The notes under the pieces are model-generated. The model was given only the letters and a program-made list of their open reading frames with translations. It was not told the origin of the DNA and did not search any database. A stretch of DNA of 63,850 nt, filler included, from Squatina squatina (Eukaryota): assembly GCA_031763465.1 (NCBI GenBank). It is 4 parts of 4 records of this genome, joined end to end, with 100 filler letters (N's around TTAATTAATTAA, not from the genome) between each part and the next. Parts side by side here need not be neighbours in the genome. Positions count along the whole stretch, not along the records: positions 51,755 to 63,850 come from JARFOE010000244.1; 3 more parts are not named here. One strand, 5' to 3'. The number at the start of each line of letters is the position of its first letter. Within the stretch, counting starts at the first letter, position 1. Of the stretch, positions 62,286 to 63,850 are shown piece after piece. A program made the translations under genes and the position numbers.

Positions 62286-63606
62286 AACTAACTAAGGTCT
62301 TTCGAGACACCTGTTCACAAATAAATGTAATAATCCCTGGCAGGTTGAAATATGTCGCTGAGGCTCCACGACAAATAAACAGCTTTAAATGAAGCTCAGA
62401 TACACACATGTTCACTTTGTGGCTGAGTGAGAACATCACCAAATATTAAGGGAAACATCTGGGTGGAATATATGTGGAATCACTGAGCAACTATAAAGAT
62501 CTCCACATGCGGCCACAGCATGAAATAGAAGGGTAATGCAGGCGGCGGAGCTCCAATATAGAATGGAAGGAGGCATCAATGGTGGGAATTGAGACCGAAA
62601 AAATATGGTGTTTAGAGTATAAATCCTCAGCACAATGGGCAGCTGCAGCACTGTGTCTGTTAAAGGACATTAGTCTCCGCACACCGTGCGGATCTGTAAC
62701 TCAGTGATATGTCCAGCTGCAGCAAAATGAGGAAGTAGGGTTAAATATACCTCTGGATCTGAACGCTGCCTGTTTCATTAACCAGAAACGTTTACTTGTA
62801 CAGACAGAACACGCAGGCTCATAAACACCACAAAATGCCATAAATTGAGATGCAAGTTCGGAGAAGAGAATGAAAAATAAGCCAACAAAGGGAAAATGTT
62901 CAGTACTGCAGATAACAGTAACAGCAGTTGGATTTCAGAAAGAAAGTCAGCGGTTTCAGTTTGAAGCATTTTTCGTTCAAAGAAAGAGGAACTTATCTTC
63001 TTGCAGAAAGCTCACTGTCTCAGAGGAAATGGCACAGCTGAAATATATTAACTTGCCTTAACACTGACTGTGAAAACGTTTCTTTTCCTCTCTCACTCAA
63101 ATTCTCCAGAAACATAGAGACAACTGAAGAACTTTGTTAAACCTTTCAGTTTATATCGGGCAATATCAGACAGAAACCTGACCGTTTTATTTCAATGACT
63201 CTCATCATTACCCTTTAATTTATGAAGGCGCCGACTCTCCCTGGAACACATTTGTAACGGCAGTGCTTTTCTGATTTGCCCAAGTGGAACCTTTAAATAT
63301 CTGAGCTCAGGCGCTGTGTGCCCGTGAAGGGTCTGATTACAGAAGATATGAATATGTACCCTGACATTGCCTCACTGAACATCCACGAATCAACACAGTA
63401 CAACGAGGCTACAAGATAACCAGCAAGAGCGGGCACTCTCTCTAATTCTCAATTCGCCCAAAATCGCTGACCTCTCCCACAACCGAATACCAGTTTTGTT
63501 CTCTTTAATTCTCTGTACTATCCCACTCAGAATTCAGCAGAAACAAATATCAGCTCTGCAGGATTTCAAATTTCAAATGCTCCACAAAATAGCAGCACTT
63601 GCTTTC

Positions 63607-63850
63607 ATAGAAACATAGAAACAAAGAAAATAGGTGCAGGAGTAGGCCATTAGCTCCTTCGAGCCTGCACCGCCATTCAATATGATCATGGCTGATCATC
63701 CAACTCATTACCCTGTGCCTGCTTTCTCTCCATACCCGCTGATCCCTTTAGCCACAAGGGCCACATCCAACTTCCTCTTAAATATAGTCAATGAACTGGC
63801 CTCAACTACTTCCTGTGGCAGAGAATTCCAGAGATTCACTACTCTCTGTG
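63607..63850 (-). mobile_element. Young CR1 3' end, truncated by the window end
   Basis: CATAGAAA repeats then ATAGGTGCAGGAGTAGGCCATT; it is a close reverse complement of 51755-51900. Confidence 0.92.

Noticed and set aside
62436-62651. Hydrophobic ORF vaguely like GPCR TM2 (AVAACGDL)
   Set aside because: No TM3 DRY-type or other supporting motifs nearby.
51755-63850. Large inverted repeat bracketing piece 4 as a composite transposon
   Set aside because: Both ends are 3' tails of the same young CR1 family; contigs commonly break in such repeats.

Overview
Eukaryotic vertebrate DNA, most likely from a cartilaginous fish. The evidence is elasmobranch-type CR1 LINEs, Deu-domain SINEs, Penelope elements and a GPR139-like receptor. 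The window is not one locus. Three artificial N44-TTAATTAATTAA-N44 linkers (13512-13611, 28556-28655, 51655-51754) join four independent pieces. Piece 1 (1-13511) has a decayed PIF/Harbinger transposase, MITEs, SINEs and no exon I can identify. Piece 2 (13612-28555) has a possible ERV/LTR remnant, the intact large exon of a GPR139/GPR142-like class A GPCR, a 27-bp tandem array rich in YY1-type motifs that is interrupted by a Penelope element carrying a hammerhead-like motif, a 67-bp satellite and CR1s. Piece 3 (28656-51654) is a heavily gapped scaffold with exons of three transporters: GAT1/SLC6A1-like (+), SLC13A4 (+), and a GAT2/GAT3/TauT-group SLC6 (-). It also has an ETS+NRF1 promoter. Piece 4 (51755-63850) is mostly CR1, including a near-full-length decayed copy. 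I found no tRNA or rRNA genes and no CRISPR. I cannot demonstrate a wholly new system. The best leads are the YY1-motif array, the SLC6 with a hybrid substrate-site signature, the probable second GAT1 paralog, and repeated microsatellite birth at one CR1 site. Family comparisons are from memory, no searches were run, and repeat boundaries are approximate.
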